Shown here one piece after another: positions 53,133 through 63,905 of a DNA stretch of 64,000 bases (position 1 is its first letter; the number at the start of each line of letters is the position of its first letter). The notes under the pieces were generated by a model. That model was given only the letters and a program-made list of their open reading frames with translations. It made no database searches and had not been told where the DNA came from. This stretch comes from an uncultured Chloroflexia bacterium (GTDB lineage: Bacteria; Chloroflexota; Limnocylindria; Limnocylindrales; CSP1-4). The DNA lies in assembly GCA_963746845.1 (NCBI GenBank), contig CAVVCZ010000004.1:1056001-1120000 (forward strand), given 5' to 3'. The translations under genes and the position numbers were made by a program.

Positions 53133-53317
53133 GGCCCCGATTGTACCGACGGGGCGGGCAGCCCGACGGACGCGGCCGGCTTCAACTGGGGCCGGAGCGG
53201 GCGATGGCAACCGTGCCGTCTCCGCGACGCGGTACCATCGCGTCCCCCGGAGCCCGCCTGTCCGCCCGGGTCCCGATCGCTCAGACGACTGCCCTCCCGA
53301 TCCGGAGTCTGCCGCGC

Positions 53318-54499
53318 GTGAAGATCCAGGAAGCCGACGCCAAGTCGCTGCTCGTCGCCCAGGGCCTGCCGGTTCCTCCGTGGGAGGTCGCCACGACCGC
53401 CGCCGCGGCTCGCACGGCCGCCGAGCGGTTCCTCGCCGACGGGGCCGTGGGCGCAACGGTCGTGATCAAGGCGCAGGTGCTCGTCGGCGGCCGAGGCAAG
53501 GCCGGGGGCGTGAAGCTGGCCGGCTCGCCGGACGAGGCCGAGGCCGTCGCGGCGGCGATCCTTGCGCTCGAGATCAAGGGCATCCCCGTCCGGAAGGTCC
53601 TCGTGGGGCCGGCGGCGGACATCGTGAAGGAGTACTACCTGTCCGCGGTCCTCGACCGGGCCGGGCGGCAGATTCTCCTGATGGGCTCGGCCGAGGGCGG
53701 CGTGGAGATCGAGGCGGTCGCCGCAGAACGACCAGAGGCGATCGTCACGATCCCGGCGGACCCGTTCCTGGGCCTGCTCCCGTACCAGGCGCGAGAGATG
53801 GCCTTCCGGCTGGGGCTCGGGGCGCACCTGAAGGACGCCGTCGCGATCGCGACAGGACTGGTCCGGACGATGCGCGCCTACGACGCGGACCTGGTCGAGA
53901 TCAACCCCCTCGCGATCGTCCGCGAGACCGGCATCGACGGGCTCGTCAACGAACGGCTGCAGGGCCTCGACGCGAAGATCACGCTCGACGACTCCGCCCT
54001 GGAGCGACACCCCGGCCTCGAGGACCTCCGCGACCCCGACGACGAGGACCCGACCGACCGGGCCGCGCGCGAGGCCGGCCTGACGTTCATCAAGCTCGAC
54101 GGGACGATCGGCTGCATGGTCAACGGCGCGGGGCTGGCGATGACGACGATGGACCTCGTGAAGCGCGCCGGCGGCGAGCCCGCGAACTTCCTCGACATCG
54201 GGGGAGGCGCGCGGGCCGACAAGGTCGCCGTGGCGATGCGGCTGATCCTGGCCGACCCGAAGGTCAACGCGATCCTCGTGAACATCTTCGGCGGGATCAC
54301 CCGCGGCGACGAGGTGGCCCGGGGCCTGATCGAGGCCCGCGCCCAGCAGGAGCGGGACGTGCCGATGGTTGTCCGGATCGTCGGGACGAACGCGGTGGAG
54401 GCGGCGGTCCTGCTCCGCGACGCGGAGTTCCACACGGCGGACACGCTCGACGACGCCGCCGCCCAGGCCGTGGCCGCGTCGAAGGGGGCGGCCGCGTGA
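53318..54499 (+). CDS. sucC: Succinyl-CoA synthetase beta subunit
   Basis: [46 protein letters not shown]. Confidence 0.96.
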   Translation: MKIQEADAKSLLVAQGLPVPPWEVATTAAAARTAAERFLADGAVGATVVIKAQVLVGGRGKAGGVKLAGSPDEAEAVAAAILALEIKGIPVRKVLVGPAADIVKEYYLSAVLDRAGRQILLMGSAEGGVEIEAVAAERPEAIVTIPADPFLGLLPYQAREMAFRLGLGAHLKDAVAIATGLVRTMRAYDADLVEINPLAIVRETGIDGLVNERLQGLDAKITLDDSALERHPGLEDLRDPDDEDPTDRAAREAGLTFIKLDGTIGCMVNGAGLAMTTMDLVKRAGGEPANFLDIGGGARADKVAVAMRLILADPKVNAILVNIFGGITRGDEVARGLIEARAQQERDVPMVVRIVGTNAVEAAVLLRDAEFHTADTLDDAAAQAVAASKGAAA

Positions 54500-55380
54500 G
54501 CATCCTGATCGATCGGGCGAGCCGGGTCGTCGTCCACGGCCTCACCGGCCGCGAGGGCTCGTTCCACGGCGCCGCGATGCTCGAGTACGGCACCCAGGTC
54601 GTCGCGGGGATGACGCCGGGCAAGGGCGGCCAGACGGCGCTGGACGGGAAGGTCCCGGTCTTCGACACGGTCGCCGACGCGGTCCGCGAGACGGGCGCCG
54701 ACACGTCCTGCATCTTCGTCCCGGCGGCGGGCGCCCCGGACGCGGTGATGGAGGCGGCGGCCGCGGGGGTCAGGACCATCTTCTGCATCACCGAGGGGAT
54801 CCCGGCGCTCGACATGATCCCGGCCGTCGAGCGCGTGCGGGCGGCCGGCGCGCGCCTGATCGGCCCGAACTGCCCGGGCGCGACGTCGCCCGGGCGGGCG
54901 AAGGTCGGGATCATCCCCGGCTCCATCCACCGCGAGGGCCGGGTCGGGGTCGTGTCGCGATCCGGCACGCTGACGTACGAGGCGGTCCAGGCCATGACCG
55001 ACGCCGGGATCGGCCAGTCGACGTGCGTCGGGATCGGCGGGGACCCGATCATCGGGACGACGTTCCTCGACGTGCTCCAGCTCTTCGCCGCAGACCCCGA
55101 GACCGAGGCGATCGTCCTGATCGGCGAGATCGGCGGGGCGGCCGAGGAGACGGCCGCCGCGTGGGCCGCGGAGCACCTCCGGGACGTCCCGAAGGCGGCG
55201 TTCATCGCGGGCCGAACGGCACCCGAGGGCAAGCGGATGGGCCACGCCGGGGCGATCATCTCGGGCGGCGCGGGGACGGCCGCGTCAAAGGTCGCGGCCC
55301 TGGAGGCGGCCGGGTTCCGGGTCGCCGGCTCGCCGACCGAGCTGCCGGCGCTCCTGCGCGACGCGGGGTACCAGGGCTAG
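54496..55380 (+). CDS. sucD: Succinyl-CoA synthetase alpha subunit
   Basis: [21 protein letters not shown], phospho-His motif RMGHAGA. Confidence 0.96.
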   Translation: MSILIDRASRVVVHGLTGREGSFHGAAMLEYGTQVVAGMTPGKGGQTALDGKVPVFDTVADAVRETGADTSCIFVPAAGAPDAVMEAAAAGVRTIFCITEGIPALDMIPAVERVRAAGARLIGPNCPGATSPGRAKVGIIPGSIHREGRVGVVSRSGTLTYEAVQAMTDAGIGQSTCVGIGGDPIIGTTFLDVLQLFAADPETEAIVLIGEIGGAAEETAAAWAAEHLRDVPKAAFIAGRTAPEGKRMGHAGAIISGGAGTAASKVAALEAAGFRVAGSPTELPALLRDAGYQG

Positions 55381-55396
55381 GGCGGCCGGGGACGTC

Positions 55397-55924
55397 ATGA
55401 CGATCGACGACATCCGCGATCTGTTCGCCTACGACCGCTGGGCGACCGGCCGGCTGCTCGCGGTCCTGCCGGGGATCGACGAGGCCACCTGGTCCGCCGC
55501 GAACGTCATCGACGAGCGCGGCCTCGGCGGGATCCTCGTCCACCAGCTCGGGGCGTACCAGCGCTGGCGCCACGGCCTCGTCGAGGACGGCGAGACCCCG
55601 CGGCCCGAGCGTGAGCCGCTCCCGACACCCGGGGACCTGACCGCCCGCTGGGAGCGAGAGTGGCCGGCGATGGACGCCTGGCTCGCGACGCTCGACGACG
55701 CCTGGCTGGCACGGGACGACGAGGGCGTCGGGTTCGCGCGGATGCTCCAGCACGTCGCGAACCACGGGACGCAGCACCGCTCGGAAGCGGCCGCGCTGCT
55801 CACGCAGGCCGGGCGCTCCCCCGGCGACCTGGACATGATCGTCTGGCTCGAGGAGCGAGCCGGCTGGGTCGACGGGGTGCCGCCCTCGCAGCAGGGCGCC
55901 GGAGGGGCGGCGGGCGGCGGATGA
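55397..55924 (+). CDS. DinB family protein
   Basis: Y..WAT..LL, ILVH, HVANHGTQHRSE. Confidence 0.88.
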   Translation: MTIDDIRDLFAYDRWATGRLLAVLPGIDEATWSAANVIDERGLGGILVHQLGAYQRWRHGLVEDGETPRPEREPLPTPGDLTARWEREWPAMDAWLATLDDAWLARDDEGVGFARMLQHVANHGTQHRSEAAALLTQAGRSPGDLDMIVWLEERAGWVDGVPPSQQGAGGAAGGG

Positions 55925-56391
55925 GCGCCCTGATGGACCTGATCGCGGGCGACGAGCGATCGATCCTGCTCGCGATCTCCGTCGACGACTGGGAGGGCTT
56001 CGACGACCCGTCCCGGTTCGACGCCCACCTGTCGCTCGGAGGCGGTCTCGATCCCACCTGGCTCGACCTCTTCTCGGAGGCGGTCCGGAGCACGACCGGG
56101 GACGACGCGCCGGCCGACTTCCTCGACGCCCGGCGGGAGCTGGACGGATCGAGCGAGGGCGGCGATCGTGTCCTCGAACGGGTCGATCCAGGATGGGTGG
56201 GGGCGATCGCCCGGCTCGCCGACCAGCACGTCGACGCGGTGGCGGGTCGCTGGATCGACCTCGTCGAGGAGGAGCTGGGCATGCTGCCGCGCGAGGAGAA
56301 GCCCTGGATCCGCCAGCTCGCCGGCGACATCGTCGAGTTCTGCCGGGCGGCGGACCGCTCGCAGGACGTCCTGTTCGCCTGGTCGCTGTGA
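55921..56391 (+). CDS. Hypothetical protein
   Basis: ATGA overlap with the DinB gene; typical codon usage; acidic and helical; ends in FAWSL. Confidence 0.75.
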   Translation: MSALMDLIAGDERSILLAISVDDWEGFDDPSRFDAHLSLGGGLDPTWLDLFSEAVRSTTGDDAPADFLDARRELDGSSEGGDRVLERVDPGWVGAIARLADQHVDAVAGRWIDLVEEELGMLPREEKPWIRQLAGDIVEFCRAADRSQDVLFAWSL

Positions 56392-56398
56392 AGGTCTG

Positions 56399-57022
56399 AT
56401 GGCCACATTCGACGAGCGCGCGAAGGATTGGGACACGCCGGAGCGGATCGCGCGGGCCGTCGAGGTCGCCGGGGCGATCCGCGCGGCCGTCCCGCTCACC
56501 CGGAGCGATCGCCTGATCGACGTCGGGGCGGGCACCGGGCTGCTCGGACTCGCGCTCGCGGAAGACGTCGGCTCGGTCGTCCTCGCCGATCCGTCGAGCG
56601 GGATGATCGAGGTCGCGACCGAGAAGCTGCGCGACGGCGCCTTCCCGACGGCGACCGCGGTCCGGCTCGACCTCGTCGCCGATCCGTCCCCGGCCGAGCC
56701 GTTCGACGTCGCGGTGTCGTCGCTCGTGCTGCACCACATCGAGGACACGGCCGCCGCGCTCGCCGCGGTCCGGCGGCTCGTCCGGACGGGCGGCTGGATC
56801 GGCCTCGCCGACCTCGACACGGAAGACGGCACCTTCCACACCCCGGAAGCCGAGGGGATCCATCATCTCGGCTTCGACCGCGCCGCGATCGAGGCCCTCG
56901 CCCGGGACGCGGGCTTCGTCGACGTCTCGACCCGGACGGCGATGACGATCGACGAAGGCGGCCGGTTTCCCGTGTTCCTCCTGACCGGCCGCGGCGGAAC
57001 GGGGGCTCCGGGGGGTCAGTAG
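56399..57022 (+). CDS. Class I SAM-dependent methyltransferase
   Basis: FDERAKDWD, IDVGAGTGLL, FDVAVSSLVLHHI. Confidence 0.9.
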   Translation: MATFDERAKDWDTPERIARAVEVAGAIRAAVPLTRSDRLIDVGAGTGLLGLALAEDVGSVVLADPSSGMIEVATEKLRDGAFPTATAVRLDLVADPSPAEPFDVAVSSLVLHHIEDTAAALAAVRRLVRTGGWIGLADLDTEDGTFHTPEAEGIHHLGFDRAAIEALARDAGFVDVSTRTAMTIDEGGRFPVFLLTGRGGTGAPGGQ

Positions 57023-57498
57023 CCGAGGCTCTTCCAGGAGGGGCCGCCGGGGGCCTCGATGAGCTCGACGAGCACGCCGTGGCACGAGCGCGGGTGGATG
57101 AACGCCACGGGTCCCTCGGCGCCGCGTCGCGGGGCGCTGTCGATCAGCTCGAGGCCGTCGATCTCGAGGTGGAGCAGGGTCTCGGCGAGGTTTGGGACCT
57201 CGAAGCAGATGTGGTGGAAGCCCTCGCCCTTCGTCTCGAGGAATCGGGCGACGCCGGTCGTATCGTCGGTCGGCTCGACCAGCTCCACCTTCGACTCGCC
57301 GACCGGGAGGAACGCGATCCGGACCCGGTCCTGTGGGATGTCCATGACCTCCTCGAGCGGGAGGCCCAGCGTGTCGTGCCAGAACCGACCGGCGTCCTCC
57401 ATCGAGCGGACGATCAGCGCGACGTGATGGATCTTGCCGAGGCCGCGGAGCCGCGGCGGGACCCGATCGACGCGAGACGGCATGGCGTTCCCCTTCAC
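57016..57498 (-). CDS. mce: Methylmalonyl-CoA epimerase
   Basis: [27 protein letters not shown]...GVLVEL; directly after the mutase gene. Confidence 0.92.
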   Translation of the reverse strand: MKGNAMPSRVDRVPPRLRGLGKIHHVALIVRSMEDAGRFWHDTLGLPLEEVMDIPQDRVRIAFLPVGESKVELVEPTDDTTGVARFLETKGEGFHHICFEVPNLAETLLHLEIDGLELIDSAPRRGAEGPVAFIHPRSCHGVLVELIEAPGGPSWKSLGY

Positions 57499-59174
57499 AC
57501 GGTGATCAGCTCGCGATGGACGCCGAACGCGCTCCGGAGCCGATCGCTGATCTCGCCGACGGTGGCGTGGGCCTTGACGGCGTCGATGATCGGCGGCAGC
57601 AGGTTGTCCGTGCCCCGGGCGGCGGCCTCGAGACGGTCGAGCGACGCCCCCCAGGCCGCCGCATCCCGCTCGGCGCGAACACGACGGACCCGTTCGACCT
57701 GGCGGCGCTCCCCTTCGGGATCGATCCGCTGGATCGGCGCCTTCGCCTCACCGGCCCCGTCGTCGCGGAACGTGTTGACCCCGACGACGACGAGATCGCC
57801 CCGCTCGATCGCCTGCTGGACCCGGTAGGCCGACTCCTGGATCTGGCGCTGCTGGAAGCCGCCCTCGATCGCGGCGAGGGTTCCGCCCATCGCGTCGATC
57901 TCCTCCAGGTAATCGAGGGCCGCGCGCTCGAGCTGCGTCGTCAGCGTCTCGACGAAGTACGAGCCGGCCAGCGGATCCGGCGTCTCGGTCACGCCGCTCT
58001 CGTGGGCGAGGATCTGCTGGGTGCGGAGCGCCAGCCGGGCCGAGGCCTCCGTCGGAAGGGCAAGGGCCTCGTCGCGGGCGTTCGTGTGGAGGCTCTGGGC
58101 GCCGCCGAGCACGGCCGCGAGCGCCTGGACGGTCGTCCGCACGACGTTGTTGTCGATCGACTGAGCCGTGAGGCTGGAGCCGGCCGTCTGGACGTGGAAC
58201 CGGCACGCCATCGAACGTTCGTTCGAACTGCCGAAGCGATCCCGCACGATCCGGGCCCACAGCCGACGGGCGGCCCGGAACTTCGCGACCTCCTCGAACA
58301 GCTCCGACCAGGCCGCGAAGAAGAAGCTCAGGCGGGGGGCGAACTCGTCGATGTGCAGGCCCCGGGCCACCGCGGCCTCGGAGTAGGCGATCGCGTCGGC
58401 GAGGGTGAACGCGAGCTCCTGCGCGGCGGTCGCCCCCGCCTCCCGCATGTGGTAGCCCGAGATCGAGATCGTGTTCCAGCGGGGCAGCTCGCGCGAGCAG
58501 AACTCGAAGATGTCAGTCACGAGGCGCATCGACGCCGCCGGCGGGTAGATCCACGTCCCGCGGGCGATGTACTCCTTGAGGATGTCGTTCTGGGTCGTGC
58601 CCGCGATCCGGTCACGGGCGACCCCCTGCCCCTCGGCCGCGGCGACGTACAGGGCGAGGAGGATCGGCGCCGTCGCGTTGATCGTCATCGACGTGCTGAC
58701 CTCGTCGAGCGGCAGGCCCGCGAGGAGGATCTCCATGTCCGCGAGGCTGCTGATCGGCACCCCGACCCGGCCGACCTCGCCCGACGCCTCGGGCGCGTCC
58801 GAGTCGTAGCCCATCTGGGTCGGGAGGTCGAACGCGACCGACAGCCCGGTCTGGCCCTGCTCGAGGAGGTATCGGAAGCGCTGGTTCGTCTCCTCGGCCG
58901 TCGCGAAGCCCGCGTACTGGCGCATCGTCCAGAGGCGGCTGCGGTACATCGTCGGCTGGACGCCGCGCGTGAACGGCGGCTCCCCGGGGAAGCCGAGGTC
59001 GCGATCGGAGTCGAACTCGATCGCCTCGAGGTCCGCCGCGGTGTACAGGTCGGCGATCTCCAGGTCGGAGCTGGTCGCGAACCGGTCGCGCCGCTCCGGG
59101 GCGGCCTTGAGCGCCCGCGCGCGGGCCGTCGAGCGCCAGCGCTCGAGGGCGTCGCCCGGCCGCTCCTCGGTCAC
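57495..59174 (-). CDS. mcmA: Methylmalonyl-CoA mutase, substrate-binding (large) subunit
   Basis: PFTRG....[36 protein letters not shown]; no C-terminal B12-binding domain. Confidence 0.93.
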   Translation of the reverse strand: MTEERPGDALERWRSTARARALKAAPERRDRFATSSDLEIADLYTAADLEAIEFDSDRDLGFPGEPPFTRGVQPTMYRSRLWTMRQYAGFATAEETNQRFRYLLEQGQTGLSVAFDLPTQMGYDSDAPEASGEVGRVGVPISSLADMEILLAGLPLDEVSTSMTINATAPILLALYVAAAEGQGVARDRIAGTTQNDILKEYIARGTWIYPPAASMRLVTDIFEFCSRELPRWNTISISGYHMREAGATAAQELAFTLADAIAYSEAAVARGLHIDEFAPRLSFFFAAWSELFEEVAKFRAARRLWARIVRDRFGSSNERSMACRFHVQTAGSSLTAQSIDNNVVRTTVQALAAVLGGAQSLHTNARDEALALPTEASARLALRTQQILAHESGVTETPDPLAGSYFVETLTTQLERAALDYLEEIDAMGGTLAAIEGGFQQRQIQESAYRVQQAIERGDLVVVGVNTFRDDGAGEAKAPIQRIDPEGERRQVERVRRVRAERDAAAWGASLDRLEAAARGTDNLLPPIIDAVKAHATVGEISDRLRSAFGVHRELITV

Positions 59175-59184
59175 GCGGCCGCCC

Positions 59185-59721
59185 TCATGTCAGCACGACC
59201 AGCAGGTCGCCGCGCTCGATCGTCTGGCCCTCCCCGACCGCGACACGCTCGACCGTGCCCGATCGCGGGGCGCGCAGCTCGTTCTGCATCTTCATCGCCT
59301 CCACGACGAGGAGGGTCTCTCCGGCCTGGACGATCTCACCGGCCGTGACCCGGACGGCCGCGATCCGCCCGGGAATGATCGCGCGGATGTCCGCGGGCCC
59401 GCTCGCCGTCGTCGCATCGGCCGTCCGGGTCGCCCACCGGCGGATCCTCGCGCGCCGGGCATCCTCGACCTCGAGCTCGAAGCGCCAGCCGTCGACGACC
59501 ACCTCCAGCCGCCGCGGCGCGCCGGAGGACGACGGCGCGGACGCCACCGTGCCATCGTGGTTCGCTCGGGCATCGTCGGCCGCGCGGGCGAGCCGGACAC
59601 GCCCGCGCCCGAGATCCGTGACCGTCGGCGCGTCCGCACCTCGCGGATCGAGGTCCCGGGCCTCGGCCTCCGCCGGGTGACCCGTGACGTTCAGGGGGAC
59701 GACGCGAACGATGTCGCTCAC
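59185..59721 (-). CDS. Biotin carboxyl carrier protein
   Basis: EAMKMQNEL biotinylation motif; GTGA overlap. Confidence 0.9.
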   Translation of the reverse strand: MSDIVRVVPLNVTGHPAEAEARDLDPRGADAPTVTDLGRGRVRLARAADDARANHDGTVASAPSSSGAPRRLEVVVDGWRFELEVEDARRARIRRWATRTADATTASGPADIRAIIPGRIAAVRVTAGEIVQAGETLLVVEAMKMQNELRAPRSGTVERVAVGEGQTIERGDLLVVLT

Positions 59722-61340
59722 CGGGGCCACCGATCGAGGCCCCGGATCCGACCGGCCCGGGTCCATGACGAGGGGGCGGCGACGCGCCGTGAGGGCGAGG
59801 CGCCGGCCGAGCCGTCGGGGACATCCGCGCCATGGGTCGGGACGAACCCGCCGCCGGCCGCTGCGGCCATCCACCGGGCCGCGTCGAGCGCCGCCTCTCG
59901 GGCCGGGACGAGGGCCGCCGACCACGTCTCGTCCACCCAGTCGGTCGACGGCGGTCCCGCGCGGAACGCGGCATCGTGGGCGATGAAGCGGTGGAACGGC
60001 AGGGTTGTCTGGATCCCGCCGACAGACGTCTCGTCGAGCGCCCGGGCGAGGCGGTCGAGCGCCCGATCTCGATCGGCGTCCACGACCATGATCTTCGCGA
60101 CCAGCGGGTCGTAGTCGGGCGGCACTCGGTCGCCCACCTCGACGCCTGCGTCGACCCGGATCCCCGGCCCGGCCGGCATCTCCCAGCGCGTGATCCGCCC
60201 GGGTGCCGGGGTGAAGTCCCGACCGGGGTCCTCCGCGGACAGCCGGACCTCGATCGCGTGGCGGACCGGTGTGGCAGCCTCCTCGGCGGCCCGGAGGATC
60301 CCGGCCGACAGCGGCCGGCCCGCCGCGACGCCGAGCTGCTCGCGGACGATATCGACGTCCGCGACGAGCTCGGTCACGCCGTGCTCGACCTGGAGACGCG
60401 TGTTGACCTCGAGGAACCAGAACCTGCGGTCCTCGTCGAACAGGAACTCGGCGGTCGCGGCGTTCTCCAGCCCGGCCGCCCGTGCCGCCCGGATCGCCAG
60501 GTCGTGCAGCCCGTGGCGTTCGTCCGTCGACAGCCCCGGCGCCGGCGCTTCCTCGACGAGCTTCTGGTGTCGTCGCTGGAGCGTGCAGTCGCGTTCGCCG
60601 AGCGCCACGATCGTCCCGTACCGGTCGCCGATCAGCTGGACCTCGATGTGGCGGGCCGGCCGGATCTCGCGCTCGAGGTAGACGGTCCCGTCGCCGAAGG
60701 CCGACCGCGCCTCGGCGGCCGCCGCAAGGAGAGCCGCGGGCAGCTCGGCGACGGTCGTCACTCGGCGCATCCCCCGCCCTCCCCCTCCGGCCGCGGCCTT
60801 GACGAGGAGTGGATAGCCCGTTCGCTCGGCATCGGCGACCACGGCGTCAATCTCGTCCGGGCGGTCGACCGGGGCGGGCTCGAGCGTCCCGGGCACGACC
60901 GGGACACCCACCGCCGACGCCGACCGACGGGCCGCCAGCTTGTCGCCGAGCGCCGCGATCGATGCGCTGGACGGCCCGACGAAGACGAGACCGGCGTCCT
61001 CGACGGCCCGGGCGAACCAGGCCCGCTCGGCCAGGAAGCCGTATCCCGGGTGGACGGCTCCGGCGCCGGCCGCCCGGGCCGCCTCCACGATCGCCTCGCC
61101 GCGAAGGTAGCTCTCGGTCGCCGGAGCCGGGCCGATCCGGACGGCCGCGTCGGCGGCTCGGACATGAGCGGCACGCTCGTCCGCGTCGCTGTAGACGGCA
61201 ACGGTCTCGATCCCGAGCTCGCGGCACGCGCGGATGATCCGGAGCGCGATCTCCCCGCGGTTGGCGATCAGCAGCCGGTCGAACGGTCGCTCGCCGCCGT
61301 TGTCTTTGCGTAAAGACGGCCGCGTCGTGACGTCCGTCAA
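59718..61340 (-). CDS. Acyl-CoA carboxylase biotin carboxylase subunit
   Basis: [42 protein letters not shown]; TTG start overlapping the pccB stop (TTGA). Confidence 0.94.
   Translation of the reverse strand: MTDVTTRPSLRKDNGGERPFDRLLIANRGEIALRIIRACRELGIETVAVYSDADERAAHVRAADAAVRIGPAPATESYLRGEAIVEAARAAGAGAVHPGYGFLAERAWFARAVEDAGLVFVGPSSASIAALGDKLAARRSASAVGVPVVPGTLEPAPVDRPDEIDAVVADAERTGYPLLVKAAAGGGGRGMRRVTTVAELPAALLAAAAEARSAFGDGTVYLEREIRPARHIEVQLIGDRYGTIVALGERDCTLQRRHQKLVEEAPAPGLSTDERHGLHDLAIRAARAAGLENAATAEFLFDEDRRFWFLEVNTRLQVEHGVTELVADVDIVREQLGVAAGRPLSAGILRAAEEAATPVRHAIEVRLSAEDPGRDFTPAPGRITRWEMPAGPGIRVDAGVEVGDRVPPDYDPLVAKIMVVDADRDRALDRLARALDETSVGGIQTTLPFHRFIAHDAAFRAGPPSTDWVDETWSAALVPAREAALDAARWMAAAAGGGFVPTHGADVPDGSAGASPSRRVAAPSSWTRAGRIRGLDRWPR
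61302..61317. promoter_or_regulatory. 16-bp palindromic site, copy 1 (candidate parS or operator)
   Basis: GTCTTTGCGTAAAGAC. Confidence 0.55.
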
Positions 61341-62884
61341 AGCGGGATGTTCCCGTGCTTCTTCGGCGGATTGGTATCCCGCTTGCCGGCGAAGACCTCA
61401 AGGCCGGCGATCAGCCGTGGTCTCGTCTCCGACGGCAGGATGACGTCGTCGATGTAACCGCGCGACGCGGCGATGTACGGGTTCGCGAACCGCGCCTGGT
61501 AGTCGGCGACGAGCCGGGCGTGTTCCGCGGCGGGGTCGTCGGCCCCGTCGATCTGGTCGCGGTAGATGACGTTGACCGCGCCCGCCGGACCCATGACGGC
61601 GATCTCCGCCGTCGGCCAGGCGATGTTCAGGTCGCCGCGGATGTGCTTGCTGCTCATGACGTCGTAAGCGCCGCCGTACGCCTTGCGCGTGATGACCGTG
61701 AGCTTCGGCACGGTCGCTTCGCAATACGCGAAGAGCAGCTTCGCGCCGTGGCGGATGATCCCCCCGTGCTCCTGGTCGACGCCGGGCAGGAATCCCGGGA
61801 CATCCACGAGCGTGACGAGCGGGACGTTGAAGCAGTCACAGGTGCGGACGAACCGCGCGGCCTTGGTCGACGCGGCGATGTCCAGCGCACCCGCGAGGAC
61901 CGACGGCTGCTGCGCGACGATCCCGACGCTGCGCCCCGCGAGGCGGGCGAACCCGACGATGACGTTCTGCGCCCAGTCCGGCTGGATCTCGAGGAACTCG
62001 CCGTCATCGACGACGTGCCCGATGACCTCGTGCATGTCGTATGGCTGGGCGGGATCGTCCGGGATGATCCGGTCCAGCTCGGCGTCTCGGCGATCCACGG
62101 GATCCGTCGAGGCCACCCGCGGTGGATCGTCGAGATTGTTCTGCGGCAGGAACGTCAGGATCCGCCGGGTCGTCGCGAGCGCCGACGCCTCGTCCGGTGC
62201 GGCGATGTGGGCGACCCCGCTGATCGTCGTGTGGGTCGTCGCGCCGCCGAGGCGCTCGGCATCGACGTCCTCGTGCGTCACCGCCCGGACGACGTTTGGC
62301 CCGGTGACGAACATGTAGCTCGTTCCCTCGACCATCACCGTGAAGTCCGTGATCGCGGGTGAGTAGACCGCTCCCCCGGCGCACGGCCCCATCACGACCG
62401 ACAGCTGCGGTACGACGCCGGACGCGAGCGTGTTGCGGAGGAAGATGTCGGCGTAGCCACCGAGCGACACGACGCCTTCCTGGATGCGGGCGCCACCGGA
62501 ATCGTTCAGACCGATGATCGGTGCGCCGACCTTCAATGCGAGGTCCATCACCTTGCAGACCTTGGTCGCGTACGCCTCCGACAGTGACCCGCCGAAGACC
62601 GTGAAGTCCTGGCTGAAGACGAAGACAGCTCGACCGTCGATCTGGCCATGGCCCGTTACGACACCGTCGCCGAGGATCGCGTCCGGGTCGTGATCGTCGC
62701 CGCGCGCCGTCACGTACGCGTCGATCTCCACGAACGATCCCGAATCCAGCAGCAGCTCGATCCGCTCTCGGGCCGTGAGCTTTCCCCGCGCGTGTTGCTG
62801 GTCGATCCTCGTCTGACCGCCGCCGAGAATCGCGCGCTCGCGCATCGCACCGAGCCGGGTGATACGTTCGTCGTTCGTCGACAC
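61337..62884 (-). CDS. pccB: Propionyl-CoA carboxylase carboxyltransferase (beta) subunit
   Basis: [51 protein letters not shown]; operon with mutase and epimerase. Confidence 0.93.
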   Translation of the reverse strand: MSTNDERITRLGAMRERAILGGGQTRIDQQHARGKLTARERIELLLDSGSFVEIDAYVTARGDDHDPDAILGDGVVTGHGQIDGRAVFVFSQDFTVFGGSLSEAYATKVCKVMDLALKVGAPIIGLNDSGGARIQEGVVSLGGYADIFLRNTLASGVVPQLSVVMGPCAGGAVYSPAITDFTVMVEGTSYMFVTGPNVVRAVTHEDVDAERLGGATTHTTISGVAHIAAPDEASALATTRRILTFLPQNNLDDPPRVASTDPVDRRDAELDRIIPDDPAQPYDMHEVIGHVVDDGEFLEIQPDWAQNVIVGFARLAGRSVGIVAQQPSVLAGALDIAASTKAARFVRTCDCFNVPLVTLVDVPGFLPGVDQEHGGIIRHGAKLLFAYCEATVPKLTVITRKAYGGAYDVMSSKHIRGDLNIAWPTAEIAVMGPAGAVNVIYRDQIDGADDPAAEHARLVADYQARFANPYIAASRGYIDDVILPSETRPRLIAGLEVFAGKRDTNPPKKHGNIPL

Positions 62885-62905
62885 GGGCTCGCTCCCCTCT
62901 CGGCC

Positions 62906-62921
62906 GTCTTTGCGCAAGGAC
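62906..62921. promoter_or_regulatory. 16-bp palindromic site, copy 2 (candidate parS or operator)
   Basis: GTCTTTGCGCAAGGAC. Confidence 0.55.
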
Positions 62922-62988
62922 AGGGCCGTCGGGCTGGGTCGGCGGGCACCTCGCGCAATGATACGGGCGCCGGACGGCGGCGATCGAC

Positions 62989-63030
62989 ATATCCACAAAA
63001 TGGTGAACAACTCGCCTGATCTGTGGATAA
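62989..63030. promoter_or_regulatory. Cluster of DnaA-type boxes
   Basis: ATATCCACA (62989-62997), GGTGAACAA (63002-63010) and a perfect TGTGGATAA (63022-63030). Confidence 0.7.
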
Positions 63031-63134
63031 CCTCGGCACTCGCCCACTGGGCCGCTGGAGTAGCATCACAGGGTCCCACCCGCCACGTCGACCGTCCCGA
63101 CGCCGCAGGGAATCAGATTCGAGGTGATGCCCCG

Positions 63135-63905
63135 GTGACCCAGGTGATCGCGATCGCGAATCAGAAGGGGGGCGTCGGGAAGACGACGACGGCCATCAAC
63201 CTCGCCGGCGCGCTCGAGGAACAGGGCTTTCGCGTCCTCTGCATCGACATGGACCCGCAGGCGAATCTGACCGCGGGACTCGGGATCAACCTCAACACGG
63301 TCGATCGCTCGATGGCCGACGTCCTCGCCGATGGACGTGCGACCCTCGCCGACGTCGTCCGCCCGACCGACGGCGCCGGCATCGACATCGCGCCGGCGAA
63401 CATCGATCTCGCGAGCACCGAGGGCGAGCTGTTCACGGCGCTCGGTCGCGAGCAGGTGCTCCGCGACGCGCTGGAAGGCCAGATCGATGCCTACGACTAC
63501 GTCCTGATCGACTGCCCGCCGAACCTCGGCCTCCTGACGGTCAACGGACTCGTCGCGGCCAACAGCGTGATCATCCCGGTCCAGACGCAGTACTACGCGA
63601 TGAAGGGGCTGAACAATCTCGTCAAGGTCATCAACATGATCCGGATGAAGCTGAACCGCGACCTCCGGATCCTCGGCCTGCTGCCGACGTTCTTCGACAG
63701 CCGGACGAATCTCGCGCGCGACATGCTCGACGAGCTGCGCGTCGTCGGAGATCATCACGTCTTCAGCAGCATCGTTCGCAACACCGTGAAGCTCGGCGAA
63801 GCGCCCCTGGCCGGTCGGCCGATCACCTCCTATGCAAGCTCGTCGGAGGCGGCACGGACGTATCGGGAGCTCGCCCGGGAGGTGATCGAACTTGGCCAGG
63901 CCTGA
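63135..63905 (+). CDS. parA: ParA/Soj chromosome partitioning ATPase
   Basis: IANQKGGVGKTTT, DMDPQANLT, IDCPPNLG, VKLGEAP; GAGGTG SD before GTG. Confidence 0.94.
   Translation: MTQVIAIANQKGGVGKTTTAINLAGALEEQGFRVLCIDMDPQANLTAGLGINLNTVDRSMADVLADGRATLADVVRPTDGAGIDIAPANIDLASTEGELFTALGREQVLRDALEGQIDAYDYVLIDCPPNLGLLTVNGLVAANSVIIPVQTQYYAMKGLNNLVKVINMIRMKLNRDLRILGLLPTFFDSRTNLARDMLDELRVVGDHHVFSSIVRNTVKLGEAPLAGRPITSYASSSEAARTYRELAREVIELGQA

Noticed and set aside
61717-61734. CTTCGC-N5-GCGAAG inverted repeat inside pccB
   Set aside because: Short, single, within conserved coding sequence and unlike the 16-bp palindrome; probably chance.
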